DNA of 64,000 nucleotides from positions 787,737 to 851,736 of the forward strand of contig NW_015172553.1 of the NCBI RefSeq assembly GCF_001447785.1, in the 5' to 3' direction. The notes beneath the pieces were generated by a model. It was given only the letters and a program-made list of their open reading frames with translations, was not told the DNA's origin and searched no databases. Source of the stretch: Gekko japonicus (lineage: Eukaryota). Each line of letters begins with the position of its first letter. Within the stretch, counting starts at the first letter, position 1. The position numbers were made by a program, and so were the translations under genes. Shown one piece after another: positions 61,569 to 64,000 of the stretch.

Positions 61569-61740
61569 TTAAGACCAACAAAGTTTTATTCAAGGTATAA
61601 GCTTTAGTCTATATCTGAAGAAGTGTGATTGCACATGAAAGCTTATACCTTGAATAAAACTTTGTTGATCTTAAAGGTGCCACTGGACTCACACTTTGTT
61701 CTACTGCTTCAGACCAACACGGCTACCCACCTGGATCTAT
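61569..61740 (+). mobile_element. Penelope-like fold-back with a hammerhead-like core
   Basis: Inverted arms 61569-61605 / 61638-61674; CTGAAGA-stem-GAAAGCTT at 61615-61644. Confidence 0.72.
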
Positions 61741-63009
61741 CATAGAGGAAGGAAGAGAGATTCGTTGACCATGACTGTTTGAGTGCTTCACATGTCTTGG
61801 GGTACTTGCGAGGAGACAGTCCTGCTTGGAGACATGGGCTCCCCCTTGCTGTGTGAGGTGCTTTGCCCTTGTAGATTCCTGGTAGGTGTTTTGTCTGGAA
61901 TCCTGAGACCTAGTACCTTTAAGAGGTCTGAAATGATGAGTAGTGTTCCTCTTCCCTTTTTTTAATTTGCTGTTTGTTGTTTGTGCAAAATGCCCTTTCG
62001 CCAAAGTTCTCACTACTATGCACCTAGTGCTTTAGACCTGGAGGGGGCATTGGTGGTAATCTCCATGCAGTGCATCTTGATAGGTGAACTGTGTTCCCAT
62101 GCTAGGACTCTTGAATTGCTGTCGGTGTGGTGTGACTGGCTGCTGAGTTATCAGTTGGAATCCTGTTCTCCAGGGATGGTGGTGGGGAGCAGAATTGCAG
62201 GGGAGGAAGCTGGGGACCGTTAAATGGAGCTGTCCATTCACTGGAAAAGTTTAATTTACTTACACCTCCGCTTCTGCAGGCATAATGTTGTGCTGTTGAG
62301 GCAACTGACTCTAATCTAGAAAAGTACTTTGAAGAAGCTTTGCCTCCCCTGCACCAAGTCTCCAGATCTGTCAATTTGCCCTTCTTATGTAGGTGTGTCA
62401 TTGTGTTAAGGATAATCAAGTACACCAGCAGGCCACTGTAGTTTACACTGTTACCCTATGCAGCGTTACTCATGTCTAAGCTCATTCATTTAAATGGATT
62501 TAGACTACAGCAACATTTTACGGGTTCATACCCATGTGCATCTAGCATAGCTCAGTGTTAATCTGACACAGAGAAGAAAATGTTGTGTCTAAAGGTCTCC
62601 TAGTAGATAAATAGCAATCAAGAGATATGTGTTATCCCCATTTTACAGGTAGATAAATGGAGACAGAGAGAGTGTGACAGTAGCCAACCTAGGAGACAAT
62701 GGGAATAGGTAGGAGATTGCCCTGGCTTTTTCCCCCTCAAGACAAACACTCTTACGGTAGCTTTTTGGCACCGGAAAAAGGCCACTATGTAAAGCACTTT
62801 CTGCTGCAAGTAAAAACTTCAGATTGACACACTCAGCTTGCATTTTAAAAAAAGAAAAGAAAAGCACCCTGAGTCACTCTGACAATTCCATCAGAAGCTG
62901 GCTGTCTTCATGATGACATGGTCTTCATGATGACGCTGTCCTTGACCTTATGGACCAAGCAACACAGAAAAAAATTCAATGAAGCAAGCAGCAATAAAAA
63001 GTGCTCAGT

Positions 63010-63600
63010 TAATTGATTAAAGACTCATGGGTTAAATGACAGGAAGCAGAGAGCAGGAGTAAATGGCCAGTTCTCAGAACAGAAGTGAACTTTGGGGTCT
63101 GCCAGGGATCTGCATTAGGACCAGTGATATTTAATTTGTTTATAAACAATCTAGAGCCGGCAGTGAACAGTGGAGCCAAGATTGTATGGTGAAAACCAAA
63201 ATAGATTGTGAGTAGCTCCAAAATAATCTCTTCAAATTGGGTGAGAGGCAACAAATGATAAGGTGTGAGCAGGCAATGACTGACCAGGAATAAGATCTTG
63301 TGGAGGGGGTCATCCATGGAGTGTTGATTCAGTGTGTGTCAGCAGTAAGAAGCAAACTATGTGCTATGTTTTATTACTAAAGAGACTATATTGTATTGCC
63401 CTTGTAAAAAATATATGGTGCAACTGCATTTGGAATACTGTGTGTACCATTCTGGTCACTGGAAAAGGTGCAGAAAAGTACAACCAAAACAAGCAAGGAA
63501 TTGGCACACCTTCCCTGTGACAAACGATTAAGGAAACTATGGCTTTTCAGTTTAGAAAAAGAGATGACAAAGGGACATGACAGATGTTTATAATATTTTA
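63010..63600 (+). mobile_element. Old CR1 ORF2 fragment
   Basis: GVCQGSALGPVIFNLFINNL; ttggaatactgtgt; tttcagtttagaaaaa. Confidence 0.75.
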
Positions 63601-64000
63601 TTTTTAGATCAAAGCACCACACAGGTACTTAGTAAGCCATACAAAGGCTGCAAAAAGTATACACAAATTAGACAGTATCATAATAAAATTAAGCAGCATA
63701 ATCAGATAAAAATGTTTCTTACACTACTCCATATAGTTTAAAATAAATGTTCCTGCCATACACTGAAAACTTACATAGCTCTGAACCTCACTTATGATGG
63801 AACCTTGCAGACATGATGCCTCTGCAGCTTCAGGGCTGTAGCTGTAAAGGCCCTTCTTCTAGTGGCCCTTGTTACCACCAATGGCCTGCCCTGTTGTTGG
63901 GGGAAATTAGCTAGGCAGCAGGGGTGCCAGAGGGGTGCCAGGGATCGCACACCTGTTTATACCAAGGTCCACTACAGTAGGAAGACTTCAGATCTGAAGA

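Overview
Vertebrate (squamate, most likely gecko) genomic DNA, judged from its Squam3-like, Sauria and 5S-derived SINEs and its CR1/L2/BovB/RTE-X/DIRS/Penelope/hAT repeats. The only host gene I recognise is SLC23A2 (vitamin C transporter SVCT2) on the minus strand. Its first coding exon is 6735-6998 (CDS 6735-6839), and a YY1/Sp1-rich CpG-island promoter with a candidate first exon lies at ~50.6-51.4 kb; the promoter is present twice next to a gap and is probably a false haplotype duplication. The rest is intron or upstream DNA dense in transposons: a DIRS1 tyrosine-recombinase retrotransposon disrupted by a CR1; an ORF1-only (HAL1-like) L1 derivative carrying a solo LTR and inserted into a composite Helitron; an RTE-X-like LINE; an L1 nested in a Harbinger MITE nested in a SINE; Penelope-derived hairpins with hammerhead-like cores; and many hAT MITEs. 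Assembly gaps are at 611-1142, 9851-9875, 40771-40953 and 50480-50592. There are no prokaryotic-type systems. Family assignments come from motif recognition, not database searches.
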